The notes below the pieces were generated by a model. It worked only from the letters and a program-made list of their open reading frames with translations. It was not told the origin of the DNA and made no database searches. Shown here piece by piece: positions 16,520 through 25,236 of a DNA stretch of 32,000 nucleotides. Source of the DNA: Candidatus Saccharimonadota bacterium (GTDB lineage Bacteria > Patescibacteriota > Saccharimonadia > Saccharimonadales > Saccharimonadaceae); assembly GCA_020160975.1 (NCBI GenBank), contig JAIUPJ010000001.1, positions 720,001 to 752,000 of the forward strand, written 5' to 3'. Position numbers and translations under genes: made by a program. Positions within the stretch are counted from its first letter, which is position 1. Each line of letters starts with the position of its first letter.

Positions 16520-17335
16520 ATGAGAGAGTTGAATGGAGCCGAGCTGGCGGGATTTATCAAGGAGCGACAGCTAAAGCAGGTGCGGAATTTGCGACAAGAG
16601 CACAGGGTGGTGCCAAGATTGTTGATCGTGCAAAGCAAATCAGACAACCCTGTCATCGATACCTATGTCCGGATGAAGCAACGCTATGCGGACGATGTGC
16701 TGATAGAAGTGGAGCTCGTAAAACTCGATGAGACAGCTATGCCTGCAAAAATAGCTGCAGCAAACATTGACTCAAATGTGCATGGAATTATCGTGCAATT
16801 ACCTCTGGAGAATGATAGTCAAATTGATGAGATTCTCAATAGTATTTCATCAAATAAAGACGTCGATGGGCTTGGTGATGACGCGGAATTTCCGAGCGCT
16901 ACCGCTGAGGCGATCGACTGGCTTCTGAATGGCTATAACATCGACCTTTCAAACAAAAAGATTGCCTTGCTCGGCCGCGGGCGATTAGTCGGCGCACCCC
17001 TGGAAGCGCTGTGGCGCAGTGCGGGGCATGAAGTAGTGGTGTTTGACGTCGATTCTGGTGATGTGCGCGAGAGCTTGCGCGCCAGTGATGTCATCGTGAC
17101 GGCAACTGGCGTGCCGGGGCGGTTGACGAGTGATGATGTGGCGAGCGGTGCAGTGGTGGTCGACGCAGGGGTAGCCAGCGAAAAAGGCGTTATTGTTGGC
17201 GATGCGGCCAATGATCTCCGAGCTCGACATGACATTTCTATTACACCGATACGAGGTGGCGTCGGGCCATTAACGATTGCCGTACTATTTGATCATGTGA
17301 TTCAGGCAGCCTTGAAAGCGGCGGGGAAATTGTAG
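16520..17335 (+). CDS. folD: bifunctional methylenetetrahydrofolate dehydrogenase/cyclohydrolase
   Basis: HGIIVQLPL, DVDGL, and GRGRLVGAPL (NADP site) ... GGVGPLTIAVLFDHV. Confidence 0.9.
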   Translation: MRELNGAELAGFIKERQLKQVRNLRQEHRVVPRLLIVQSKSDNPVIDTYVRMKQRYADDVLIEVELVKLDETAMPAKIAAANIDSNVHGIIVQLPLENDSQIDEILNSISSNKDVDGLGDDAEFPSATAEAIDWLLNGYNIDLSNKKIALLGRGRLVGAPLEALWRSAGHEVVVFDVDSGDVRESLRASDVIVTATGVPGRLTSDDVASGAVVVDAGVASEKGVIVGDAANDLRARHDISITPIRGGVGPLTIAVLFDHVIQAALKAAGKL

Positions 17336-17398
17336 GAATAAAATAGATTCTTGGTACTAGATTCTTGAATAGAACAGACTATTATTAGAACTTTATTG

Positions 17399-17767
17399 CT
17401 ATTCCCCAAGCGCTTCTTTCACCCGTGCCACTACCTGGCTTGGCGTTAGCTCAGCTTTGACGATGTAGCTATGGATGCTAAGTTGCTTGAGCTCTTTTGG
17501 TGCTTCTTCCGCACCGAGATTTGTCAGGATGATCACGGGTGTATCGGCCCCCCACGTGCTCTTGCGGATATGGGAGAGCGCAGTCGCGCCATCCATGTGT
17601 GGCATTTGGAGGTCGAGCAGGATGATATCGGGCTTTGTCTTTTCGACCATAGCGACACCCGCTTCACCGTCACTAGCAGTAGAGACATCAAATCCCGCCG
17701 CCTCAAATTTCATGCGGTACATTTGATTGATAACGGCGTCGTCTTCGATGATAGCGATTTTTGTCAT
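17399..17767 (-). CDS. single-domain (CheY-like) response regulator
   Basis: From ATG 17767: MTKIAIIEDD...DIILLDLQMPHMDG...PVIILTNLG...YIVKA. This is a receiver domain only, with no output domain. Confidence 0.88.
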   Translation of the reverse strand: MTKIAIIEDDAVINQMYRMKFEAAGFDVSTASDGEAGVAMVEKTKPDIILLDLQMPHMDGATALSHIRKSTWGADTPVIILTNLGAEEAPKELKQLSIHSYIVKAELTPSQVVARVKEALGE

Positions 17768-17804
17768 GTATTTAGTATATACTAAGCAGGTAATACGCAT
17801 AGGG

Positions 17805-17833
17805 TTGCGATTTTATTTAAGATATTGTATAAT
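17805..17833 (+). promoter_or_regulatory. putative sigma70 promoter giving a leaderless or near-leaderless mRNA
   Basis: TTGCGA (17805-17810), 17-nt spacer, TATAAT (17828-17833). The first ATG (17843) is only 9 nt after the -10 box. Confidence 0.55.
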
Positions 17834-17842
17834 AAAATATCG

Positions 17843-18718
17843 ATGCCTGACAAAACATTCAGAAAAAAAGTGCAAAAGTTTGTTGCTCAGCGGGAGCTGC
17901 CGCTCGAGATTTTTCGCGAACTTCATGGCAGTGGCCGATATGTGACGAGACAGGTGGTTGAGGAAGAGGAAGTTACACACAATAGGCAGTTTGCAACTAG
18001 TCGTTTTGTGGGACTGGGCAAAATTGCGTTAGGTGCAGTCGATACGACTACCGGGTTATTAAAAGATGATCGCTATCATGACTTGGGGATGAGTCGATAT
18101 TTTAGTGCGTTTGATACCACAATTGAACCTGAATTACCGAGCTATCCGGGCGGGTTAGTGGCAGTAGGTAAGCTGATTTGGGCACCAGATGCGACGATGG
18201 ATAAGCTCAGCACGCCGTTTGAGCAAATCGATCCGCGACTTGAGGAAGAGATGCGACTGTTAGGTCCCGGCAAGGTGGCTGACTTGAGGAGTCTGGCTAA
18301 ACGCGATCACATTGCAGTCGGTATGCCAGGCGCGAGACGAACATCGCAGGTCGCGACACTCAGTGTTCTACGCGAAATGTACGCGTTTGCAGAGGCAAAC
18401 GATATAGAATATCTTGCAGCAGGGCTTGAACCAGAGGCGTGGCCGGATTATTATCTGCGATTTCGTGGCGGAGTCGAACTCATGCATGCAGAAGGGTTGA
18501 GCATGCAGTTTCCTGGTATTCAGGGCGATCAAGTGGGGATACGTATGCCTATCAAGGAGTCGTACCAGCGCTACAAAGAAGCCACACTGGTTGGGCCGCT
18601 TTCTATGCGAGCACTCAGGTTGATGATGATGGAATACTATGCACATAAAGTTCCTTCGTATCAAGCCAAGGGCGGGGCAAGGCTGACTCCTGCCGATATC
18701 TTGCTTATCCTTAGCTAG
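17843..18718 (+). CDS. hypothetical protein, possibly GNAT/FeeM/LuxI-like acyltransferase fold (weak)
   Basis: The track start 17825 is a TTG inside the -10 box, so ATG 17843 (MPDKTF...) is preferred. A segment (ADLRSLAKRD...ATLSVLREMYAFAEANDIEYLAAGLEPEAWPDYYLRFRG) resembles the C-terminal half of N-acyl synthase/GNAT folds. This is from memory and is not verified. Confidence 0.65.
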   Translation: MPDKTFRKKVQKFVAQRELPLEIFRELHGSGRYVTRQVVEEEEVTHNRQFATSRFVGLGKIALGAVDTTTGLLKDDRYHDLGMSRYFSAFDTTIEPELPSYPGGLVAVGKLIWAPDATMDKLSTPFEQIDPRLEEEMRLLGPGKVADLRSLAKRDHIAVGMPGARRTSQVATLSVLREMYAFAEANDIEYLAAGLEPEAWPDYYLRFRGGVELMHAEGLSMQFPGIQGDQVGIRMPIKESYQRYKEATLVGPLSMRALRLMMMEYYAHKVPSYQAKGGARLTPADILLILS

Positions 18719-18736
18719 CAGACTACACTAAATAAT

Positions 18737-20947
18737 ATGGATTTCTTGGTGTGGGGGCTGCTTGCGTTTTCTACGATGCTTTTGCTGGGTGGTGCGACGA
18801 TTATTTATTTTTCTAGCGAAAAAAGTCTGCAGCGAACAATTGCATGGTTACTGTATGCCTGCGCGTTTTGGACAGTGACTTCAGGAGTGCAAAGCGCGTT
18901 TGTGTCAGAAAGCATCAATTTGCTCCTGGTTCGATTGACATTCGTGGCGGGGCTCATCATGTCGTTCGCGATCTTTTTGGCAGTCATTCGTTTGATCGGC
19001 AAGCCTCGACCGGTTGCAGAGAGGGTTGTACTTGGGGCAACAATCGTTGGTGTCTTGCTCTCACTCTCACCGTTTGTGATAGAAGCAGTGACAAGTCAAA
19101 ACAACAGCACCGTGCCGGTTCGGGCTTTCCTGTATCCGTTTGTCGTGTCGATTTTGGGTATGCAGCTGCTTGCGAGTATTGTTACTATGGCGCGCGGTGT
19201 CGCCGAGCTCCCAAGGGGAAACACGAAGTCTCAGTATCGGGTAGTGCTGTGGGGAGTCACGATTGGAACAATGATTGGGGTGTGTACCAACATCGTATTG
19301 CCGCTGCTCGCCCCCAACCTTCACTCATCACGATTTGCCTGGTTGGCAACGCTTACGTGGGCAACGGTACTATTTGTCGCCGTCATACGGCATCGATTTC
19401 TTGATATACGGTTTGCACTGGTGCGTAGCGCGGGGTATACGCTTTCGCTGATCACGCTGACTGGCGCATACTATTTACTGCTGGTGGTTGGCTCGCAATT
19501 ACTCGGATACGTCCGCCGCGACATGTCGCTGCCAGAGACGGCGGTAAATATCGTTGTGATTATAATGCTTTCTACGGCATTTCAGCCCATTAAACAATTT
19601 TTTGATCGTATCACCGACCGGATTTTCTACCGAGACCGCTATGACACAAATGAGTTCATTACACGTCTGGGCAAGATACTGACGAGCACCACAAAACTCA
19701 ACGAGGTACTCGAAAAGTCGGGCAGCGAAATCAGCGCAACACTCAAGTCTAGCGGGTATGAGTTTTTTGTGTACCGCGATAATCACCCCGACGTTCAGGT
19801 GGGGACTCTCATAAAGAAACATTTCGACGATGAAGCTTCTCACACACTCCATCAATTAGTCACGTTGCATCACGAGAGGGTGATTGTCGTGTCTGACATC
19901 GAGCATGAGCATGAGGTGGCGATCCGGCAGTTACGCTCGGCGATAGAACGACGTCACATTTCCCTTGTTGTGCCCCTGATGAGCAATGAAGAACTCATTG
20001 GTTGCTTGCTACTCGGCGAACAACAAGGCGGAGGATACACCAAGCGTGATATTCGGGCGCTCGAAACAGTCGTGGATTCGTTGGTGATCGCGATTCAAAA
20101 TGCACGATCAGTACAGGTCGTGCGTGACCTCAATACGCATCTCGAGCAGCGAGTAAATAGCGCGACAAAAGAACTCCGCGCTACCAACCGACAGTTGATT
20201 GAGCTTGACACAACTAAGGATGAATTTGTGAGCATGGCGAGTCACCAGCTGCGGACGCCGCTCACGAGCATCAAAGGGTATCTGAGCATGGTGCTCGAGG
20301 GGGATGCCGGCAAGATCACTGCCGAGCAACGTCAGTTGCTCGGCGAAGCTTTTACGAGCAGCGAGCGCATGGTGCACCTCATCAGCGACTTTTTGAATGT
20401 GTCTCGCTTGCAGACAGGAAAATTTATGATCGATCGTAAAAAAACTGATCTTGCGAATGTGGTATCGCAAGAGGTTGAAAGTATGAAGCAGATCGCCGAA
20501 TCACACGGCATGACGATACGCTATCGACAGCCGTCGGTATTTCCTGTGCTGTATATCGATGATGACAAACTTCGTCAGGTGATTATGAACTTCATCGATA
20601 ACGCAATCTACTACTCGCCTGATTCTCGCGCGCCAATTATCGTGAAACTTGCAGTCGAGGATGGGTATGCGGTGTTTCGTGTGGTCGACAAAGGCATGGG
20701 CGTGCCGGTGGAGGTGCAGCGACAATTGTTTACGAAGTTTTTCCGGGCTGAGAATGCTCGGAAGCAACGGCCTGATGGCACGGGGATTGGGCTGTATCTC
20801 GCAAAGAGAGTGATAGACGGTCATGGTGGCAAGCTGGTATTTGAATCAGCCGAGGGCAAGGGGAGCACCTTTGGGTTTCGCCTGCCTGTACGCAAGCTCA
20901 GCCAGCCGCCGGTCGAACGGACAAATGATGACAGCGAAATAAAATAA
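18737..20947 (+). CDS. sensor histidine kinase (multi-TM N-terminal sensor, GAF-like region, HisKA, HATPase_c)
   Basis: Six or more N-terminal TM helices. H-box SMASHQLRTPLTSIKGY, N-box NFIDNAIYYS, and G-boxes DKGMGV and GTGIGLYLAKRVIDGHGG. Confidence 0.92.
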   Translation: MDFLVWGLLAFSTMLLLGGATIIYFSSEKSLQRTIAWLLYACAFWTVTSGVQSAFVSESINLLLVRLTFVAGLIMSFAIFLAVIRLIGKPRPVAERVVLGATIVGVLLSLSPFVIEAVTSQNNSTVPVRAFLYPFVVSILGMQLLASIVTMARGVAELPRGNTKSQYRVVLWGVTIGTMIGVCTNIVLPLLAPNLHSSRFAWLATLTWATVLFVAVIRHRFLDIRFALVRSAGYTLSLITLTGAYYLLLVVGSQLLGYVRRDMSLPETAVNIVVIIMLSTAFQPIKQFFDRITDRIFYRDRYDTNEFITRLGKILTSTTKLNEVLEKSGSEISATLKSSGYEFFVYRDNHPDVQVGTLIKKHFDDEASHTLHQLVTLHHERVIVVSDIEHEHEVAIRQLRSAIERRHISLVVPLMSNEELIGCLLLGEQQGGGYTKRDIRALETVVDSLVIAIQNARSVQVVRDLNTHLEQRVNSATKELRATNRQLIELDTTKDEFVSMASHQLRTPLTSIKGYLSMVLEGDAGKITAEQRQLLGEAFTSSERMVHLISDFLNVSRLQTGKFMIDRKKTDLANVVSQEVESMKQIAESHGMTIRYRQPSVFPVLYIDDDKLRQVIMNFIDNAIYYSPDSRAPIIVKLAVEDGYAVFRVVDKGMGVPVEVQRQLFTKFFRAENARKQRPDGTGIGLYLAKRVIDGHGGKLVFESAEGKGSTFGFRLPVRKLSQPPVERTNDDSEIK

Positions 20948-20969
20948 CCTCCCGTTTATAGGGAGGTTA
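20947..20969 (+). terminator. rho-independent terminator of the kinase gene
   Basis: ACCTCCC-gtttata-GGGAGGT followed by TATTTC. Confidence 0.65.
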
Positions 20970-21002
20970 TTTCATAGAAGGTGCTGAAACTGACGCCTCA
21001 GA

Positions 21003-21117
21003 CATCCCTCATACCCACCAACGATGCATAGCATCGGTGGTAGGAGGAGGATGCGGGGCTCGAATGTATTTCGAGCGACCGCTGGAGGGGTTTAACCCCT
21101 CCTCTACATGAGCGGTC
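21003..21117. other. stack of three GC-rich hairpins in a convergent intergenic region (terminators or small structured RNA)
   Basis: First hairpin: CCACCaacGATGC-ata-GCATCGGTGG, extended by CCTCATA/TAGGAGG. Second: GCTCGAA-tgtat-TTCGAGC. Third: GACCGCT[GGAGGGG-tttaa-CCCCTCC]tctacatgAGCGGTC. Confidence 0.35.
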
Positions 21118-21122
21118 AGTCT

Positions 21123-22802
21123 CTAGTTTTGCTTCATTGCACGGCGGCTAGCAACAAATGCGCTGGCCATGCCAACCATAGAGCCGGCACCAAGCAACTG
21201 TACTAGGCTGTCACCAAGACCTGTTTCAGGTAGCTCGGCTGGGACAGTAGAAGCTTGCTTGCAGTCGGCGCTATCCTTTGGCAACATTTCTTTGCCAGGA
21301 ATAGGGCACATTTCCGGTTTGCTCGCACAGTCGTTAAGAACGGTCGAATACTTGTCCTTGTGGGCGTTGTACTCGTCCTTCGAAATCACTACGACTTTTT
21401 TGTCATCGAGTCGGCAGACCTGAATTTCTTCTGGTTTTGGCGTCTCTTTACATTTGTCGAGGTCGAGCGTGTAGTTGACGTTATCAATCTTTGATTTGTC
21501 GACATTGTACTCGATCTTCTTAGTCTTGAGGTTACATGCAGTTACCAACTCTGGCTTTGGTGCACATTTGCTGAGGTCAGTTGTGTATGGCGCAGTGTTT
21601 TCTTTGCCTTTTTCAACGTCTTCGATTTTGCCAGTGGTGGTGTTACATGCTTTGACCTTTTCGGGTACACAGTCTTTGGTGACGGTGACAACAGCGGTGT
21701 CGCTTTTGCTTCCGTTTTCAGTATCTGCAGCAGCGGTGTTAGTCAGTGTATTAACGCCACAAGCGAGAGCATTGGCACTTGCAACCTTTGCGCTGAACTT
21801 GACGTACCCTGCGGCATTTGGTGCAAATGCACCAATACCAAGACCTTGTTTGGTGACTGTATCGTAGTTTGCGGCTTTCCACTGGTTGCCAGTCAATGAG
21901 CTTGAGTACGACGTGCTACCGGGAACATATTCCAGCCCAGCAGGAAGCTGGTCACGAATCGTTACATTTTGGGGTGTCGTACCGGTATTGAGGTACTTGA
22001 TCTTGAAGTCGACGGTATCGCCAGCTTTTGCGGTAACAGTTTCGCCGTAGGTATTTGTACCGTGTGTGCTAACTGTTTTTGCAACTTCAAAATTAGGCTG
22101 GTTGACCTTGAATCGGTAGGTAACATACCCGCTGTATTGGAGACAGCCAGGCAATTTACCATCAAGTGCGTCATATCCAATAGGTGCGCCAGTCGTAAAG
22201 ATCGAATCAGAAACAGTTTTGCCGTTAACAGCTCCGAGACTGGTAATCTTTGCAGACCCTGCAACGTAGTTGAGGGCAATCGTACTGCTAGTGCTATTTT
22301 TGCCGAATGCTTCGTCCCAAACTTGGTTACCCAAGTTGTTTCCAGCAGCATCGAGATGCTTGGCATTTGTTGCGCCAACATATGATGTGATGCGTGCATC
22401 AGCACCACTTGCAACGGTTGCAGGCATTTCAGTGCGCATAAACGCACCAGTTGCGATACCGGCGTAGTTATGCGCAGCATCGTTGAGGCTTGTACTCGCG
22501 TTGTTGTGATAATAAGCAAAGACTTCGTATTCTTTGCCAGGCATGAGCGATGTGCTCTCGCCAAACGTTGTATTGTCGGTAACGTTACGGATCTGAACAA
22601 AGTTTCGTTCGTCACCGTATTGCTTGTTGTTCGTGATTGAGTTGAATGTGACGTATTGTGCTGGCGATGCCAGGGTGAACGTCACACGCGAAGCTGGCCC
22701 CCAAGCGAACAGTGTTGCAGGCACGACAACTGCGGCGAGAGCCATAGCTGCGACTGCATAGGTGCGCTTGGAGACATTTCGCATGAAATTGGTTACTTTC
22801 AT
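21123..22802 (-). CDS. LPxTG-anchored cell-surface protein
   Basis: AAGGAG Shine-Dalgarno before ATG 22802 (MKVTNFMRNVSKRTYAVAAMALAAVVVPATLFA signal). The C-terminus has LPETG, a hydrophobic stretch and RRAMKQN. A DUF11/CARDB-like segment is present (VDFKIKYLNTGTTPQNVTIRDQLPAGLEYVPGS), followed by three Cys-bracketed ~30-aa repeats. Confidence 0.88.
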   Translation of the reverse strand: MKVTNFMRNVSKRTYAVAAMALAAVVVPATLFAWGPASRVTFTLASPAQYVTFNSITNNKQYGDERNFVQIRNVTDNTTFGESTSLMPGKEYEVFAYYHNNASTSLNDAAHNYAGIATGAFMRTEMPATVASGADARITSYVGATNAKHLDAAGNNLGNQVWDEAFGKNSTSSTIALNYVAGSAKITSLGAVNGKTVSDSIFTTGAPIGYDALDGKLPGCLQYSGYVTYRFKVNQPNFEVAKTVSTHGTNTYGETVTAKAGDTVDFKIKYLNTGTTPQNVTIRDQLPAGLEYVPGSTSYSSSLTGNQWKAANYDTVTKQGLGIGAFAPNAAGYVKFSAKVASANALACGVNTLTNTAAADTENGSKSDTAVVTVTKDCVPEKVKACNTTTGKIEDVEKGKENTAPYTTDLSKCAPKPELVTACNLKTKKIEYNVDKSKIDNVNYTLDLDKCKETPKPEEIQVCRLDDKKVVVISKDEYNAHKDKYSTVLNDCASKPEMCPIPGKEMLPKDSADCKQASTVPAELPETGLGDSLVQLLGAGSMVGMASAFVASRRAMKQN

Positions 22803-23007
22803 AGAATTCTCCTTTGGTGAGTAATTGTCATAAATAAAAAACATAAGTTGAAGCAAAACTAAATTGTTAATTTTCCTCACGGAAGTATTTGTACAATCAG
22901 ACTATGCCTTGGCCGTAACTTTGTTAAATAGGTGATGCCAGCGGAGCATCACTTGGGTAGAGAACGTAAATCTCGATACGCCTAGGCAAAGCTCCGCTGA
23001 ACGAATC

Positions 23008-23022
23008 GAGTACATGAATAGA
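23008..23022. repeat. left arm of 15-bp terminal inverted repeat
   Basis: GAGTACATGAATAGA. The partner arm is at 25317-25331. Confidence 0.9.
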
Positions 23023-23027
23023 TGGGT

Positions 23028-23072
23028 GTCAGCAGGCACTTGCAGCCGGGAAGGGCGCAAGTGCCTGCTGAC
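23028..23072 (-). terminator. 16-bp perfect GC-rich hairpin immediately 3' of the island operon
   Basis: GTCAGCAGGCACTTGC-13 nt loop-GCAAGTGCCTGCTGAC, 6 nt after the stop at 23079-23081. It has no U-tract, which I associate with actinobacterial terminators. Confidence 0.6.
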
Positions 23073-23078
23073 GATGGG

Positions 23079-24491
23079 TCACTCGCCGTCTGGATTGACA
23101 CCACCAGTTGCCATGCCCGAGGGCTCGGCAATGGGGGTGCTCTCAGTAGACGTGGGTGCCGCGGTTGCCCCCGAAGCAGGAATGACCGGTGTGGCCGTGT
23201 TGGCCGGCGACGCTGGCGGTGCAGGCGGAGAGTTCTCCTGTGCGCTCGCGGGCGATGCTGCCGGGCTACGGCCTGGAGCAGGTGTCGGTGCCGGCTGGCA
23301 CTCCTTCTCCATGCACGAGGGCGTCGGAGTCGGCTCGGGCGTGGTGCTCGACGACGGGCTCCCCGGAGGGGTTCCCGGTGGCGGCGAGACATTGGTACCC
23401 GACGAGCCACACGTACCGAGCTCCTCGCACGTCCTGGGGACGGTTGGGGTGCTCGGTGCGATGACCTTCGCCTGCTCGCAGCTGACGAACTCGGGCCGCT
23501 TGTCTCCGGTGTTGACACCGAAGACGGTGGGGCACTCGTCGCCCGCCTTCGTGGTGAAGGTGAGGGCGAGAATCTGCTTGTCCTCCTGCGCGTTCGGGTC
23601 GGTGACCTTGTGCGCGCGAGGAAGATTGTTCGCCACGAGTGATCCGAGCGGCCAGTGAGCGGTGGAGGTGTAACCCTCCTTGACTCCCTGGTTGTCGAAC
23701 TGCACCAGCAGGCTGTTGATCATCTCGGCGTAGCGCAGGTACTCAGTGGTCACGAAGACCACTCTGTTGCCTGCGCTGTCTGTGACGATCTTGGCCTCGT
23801 CGCCGTCGAGGTGCTTCAGCGTCATCCAGCTGCGAAGCTGGCTGTCGCTGGTCGACTTGGCGAGGAACTGTCCGAGCCACGGATTTGCATCCGCAACCGA
23901 GAAGTCGCCGATCTTGATCTCGCTGAGCGCCTGCGCGTACGCGTCGCCCAAGATCGGGTTGACACAGACTTCCGAAAGGATCTCGGTGAGCTGGGCTCCC
24001 TTTTCTTGAGCGCCGACTGGTGTCGACAAACTGTCCGACCACTGCCGACCGCTGCCGACGGGCTTCAGCGAGTTGTCGCTGAAGGTGTCTCCGTTGGTGC
24101 AGCGGGCCGCGGCGGGCGGGATGTCGCTGGGCTCAACCGTCAAGACGGCCGGGTCTCCAGGTGCGGGCGTCGTCGTCGAACGGGGGGAGCTCAGCGTGGC
24201 GATGTGTGCCACGCGAGCTGTACCACCGATGACGGCGATTGCCACCATGATCGCGAAGATCGTGAGGGCCATCGCGCCAAACCATCGTGCCGCGAACAGC
24301 AGCACGACGACGGCGACCAGGACGAGCATCCAGAAGAGGAGGCTCACCCACCCCCAGACGTCAACGAATTGACGAATGAGGAGGTAGCCGAAGACAGCGG
24401 TGGGCAGTGACCAACCGACGTTTTCGGTGTGTGCCCACGCCGCAACCGAGGCAAGCGTGAGCACGAGCATGAGGATTGCGAAACCCGTCAT
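23079..24491 (-). CDS. hypothetical membrane protein: N-terminal polytopic TM block, ~270-aa extracytoplasmic domain, Pro/Thr/Ser-rich tail
   Basis: Start taken at ATG 24491 (MTGFAILMLVLTLASVAAWA...), preceded by GAAGGAAGGAAG. Three or four TM helices. C-terminal low complexity (PPPGTPPGSPSSSTTPEPTPTP...). Third codon positions are strongly G/C-biased. Confidence 0.75.
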   Translation of the reverse strand: MTGFAILMLVLTLASVAAWAHTENVGWSLPTAVFGYLLIRQFVDVWGWVSLLFWMLVLVAVVVLLFAARWFGAMALTIFAIMVAIAVIGGTARVAHIATLSSPRSTTTPAPGDPAVLTVEPSDIPPAAARCTNGDTFSDNSLKPVGSGRQWSDSLSTPVGAQEKGAQLTEILSEVCVNPILGDAYAQALSEIKIGDFSVADANPWLGQFLAKSTSDSQLRSWMTLKHLDGDEAKIVTDSAGNRVVFVTTEYLRYAEMINSLLVQFDNQGVKEGYTSTAHWPLGSLVANNLPRAHKVTDPNAQEDKQILALTFTTKAGDECPTVFGVNTGDKRPEFVSCEQAKVIAPSTPTVPRTCEELGTCGSSGTNVSPPPGTPPGSPSSSTTPEPTPTPSCMEKECQPAPTPAPGRSPAASPASAQENSPPAPPASPANTATPVIPASGATAAPTSTESTPIAEPSGMATGGVNPDGE

Positions 24492-24508
24492 GATGTCACT
24501 TCCTTCCT

Positions 24509-25156
24509 TCAGTGGATGTGGCGCTTGCGCCCGAAGTTGTCGCGGAGGTTCTTCCACAGGCCTTCCCAGTTGAACTGGTCGCCACCGATGCCGCTGCGCA
24601 TGAGCGAGTCGACATCGGTTTTCAGTTCGGCGACGTCCTTGACGAGGCCGGACTGGCCGTCCTCCCCGTACAGGGTGTTGCCGTGCTGCGTACTCCGCGC
24701 GATGAGACCCTGATCACCCCGAAGGAGTTTGAGGATCTCATCGACCTTGTCGGTCCCCGTCGCCGCGGGTGCGGCGAAGGGAGCGACATCCGGGGTCGGG
24801 TCGTCGTGGACGACGACCGTCTCCCTGACGACGGCCGGAGCGGGCTCCGCCGCGAGAGCGGGAGCCGGAGCCGTCTGGGCCGCGTCACGGATCTTCTCCT
24901 GGGCGGCGACGATGTTGTCGACGTCGCTGTCGGAGCTGGCCGTGGCCGCGGCCTCGATGACCGCCCGACGGGCAGCCGGGATGTCGCCAGCCTCGATGAG
25001 GCTGGCGACGATGTCCCGGATGTCCTGCTGGACGGCCGGTTCGATGGCGTCGAACGCGTCGAGCGCGTTGTCGAACGCGTCGAGCGTGTTGTCGAGCGCG
25101 TCCCGGGCCGCCTGGATGGCGGCGCTGGTGTTCGGGATGGGGTAGGTGTGTGTCAT
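24509..25156 (-). CDS. hypothetical helical protein with tandem DN(T/A)LDAF repeat, Ala/Pro linker and conserved-looking C-terminal ~70 aa
   Basis: AGGAG lies 7 nt upstream of ATG 25156. 29 of the first 30 codons end in G or C. A 21-bp tandem repeat at about 25050-25100 encodes DNTLDAF-DNALDAF. The gene ends 17 nt before the next gene. Confidence 0.75.
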   Translation of the reverse strand: MTHTYPIPNTSAAIQAARDALDNTLDAFDNALDAFDAIEPAVQQDIRDIVASLIEAGDIPAARRAVIEAAATASSDSDVDNIVAAQEKIRDAAQTAPAPALAAEPAPAVVRETVVVHDDPTPDVAPFAAPAATGTDKVDEILKLLRGDQGLIARSTQHGNTLYGEDGQSGLVKDVAELKTDVDSLMRSGIGGDQFNWEGLWKNLRDNFGRKRHIH

Positions 25157-25236
25157 CTTGTTTCTCCTGTGGTGTGGGCGGGCCCGGGTGGCCCGCTATG
25201 ACGTGTTGGCCATGGCGGGCCTCCGGGCAAATCTGT

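Noticed and set aside
17345-17367. 10-bp direct repeat TAGATTCTTG x2 between folD and the response regulator
   Set aside because: It is short, AT-rich and sits in a convergent 3' region. I see no associated structure or function.
23375-23390. ttcccggtgg inside the island resembling the tRNA-Glu 3' end (possible distal att site)
   Set aside because: The match is only 10 nt, inside high-GC coding sequence, and most likely coincidental.
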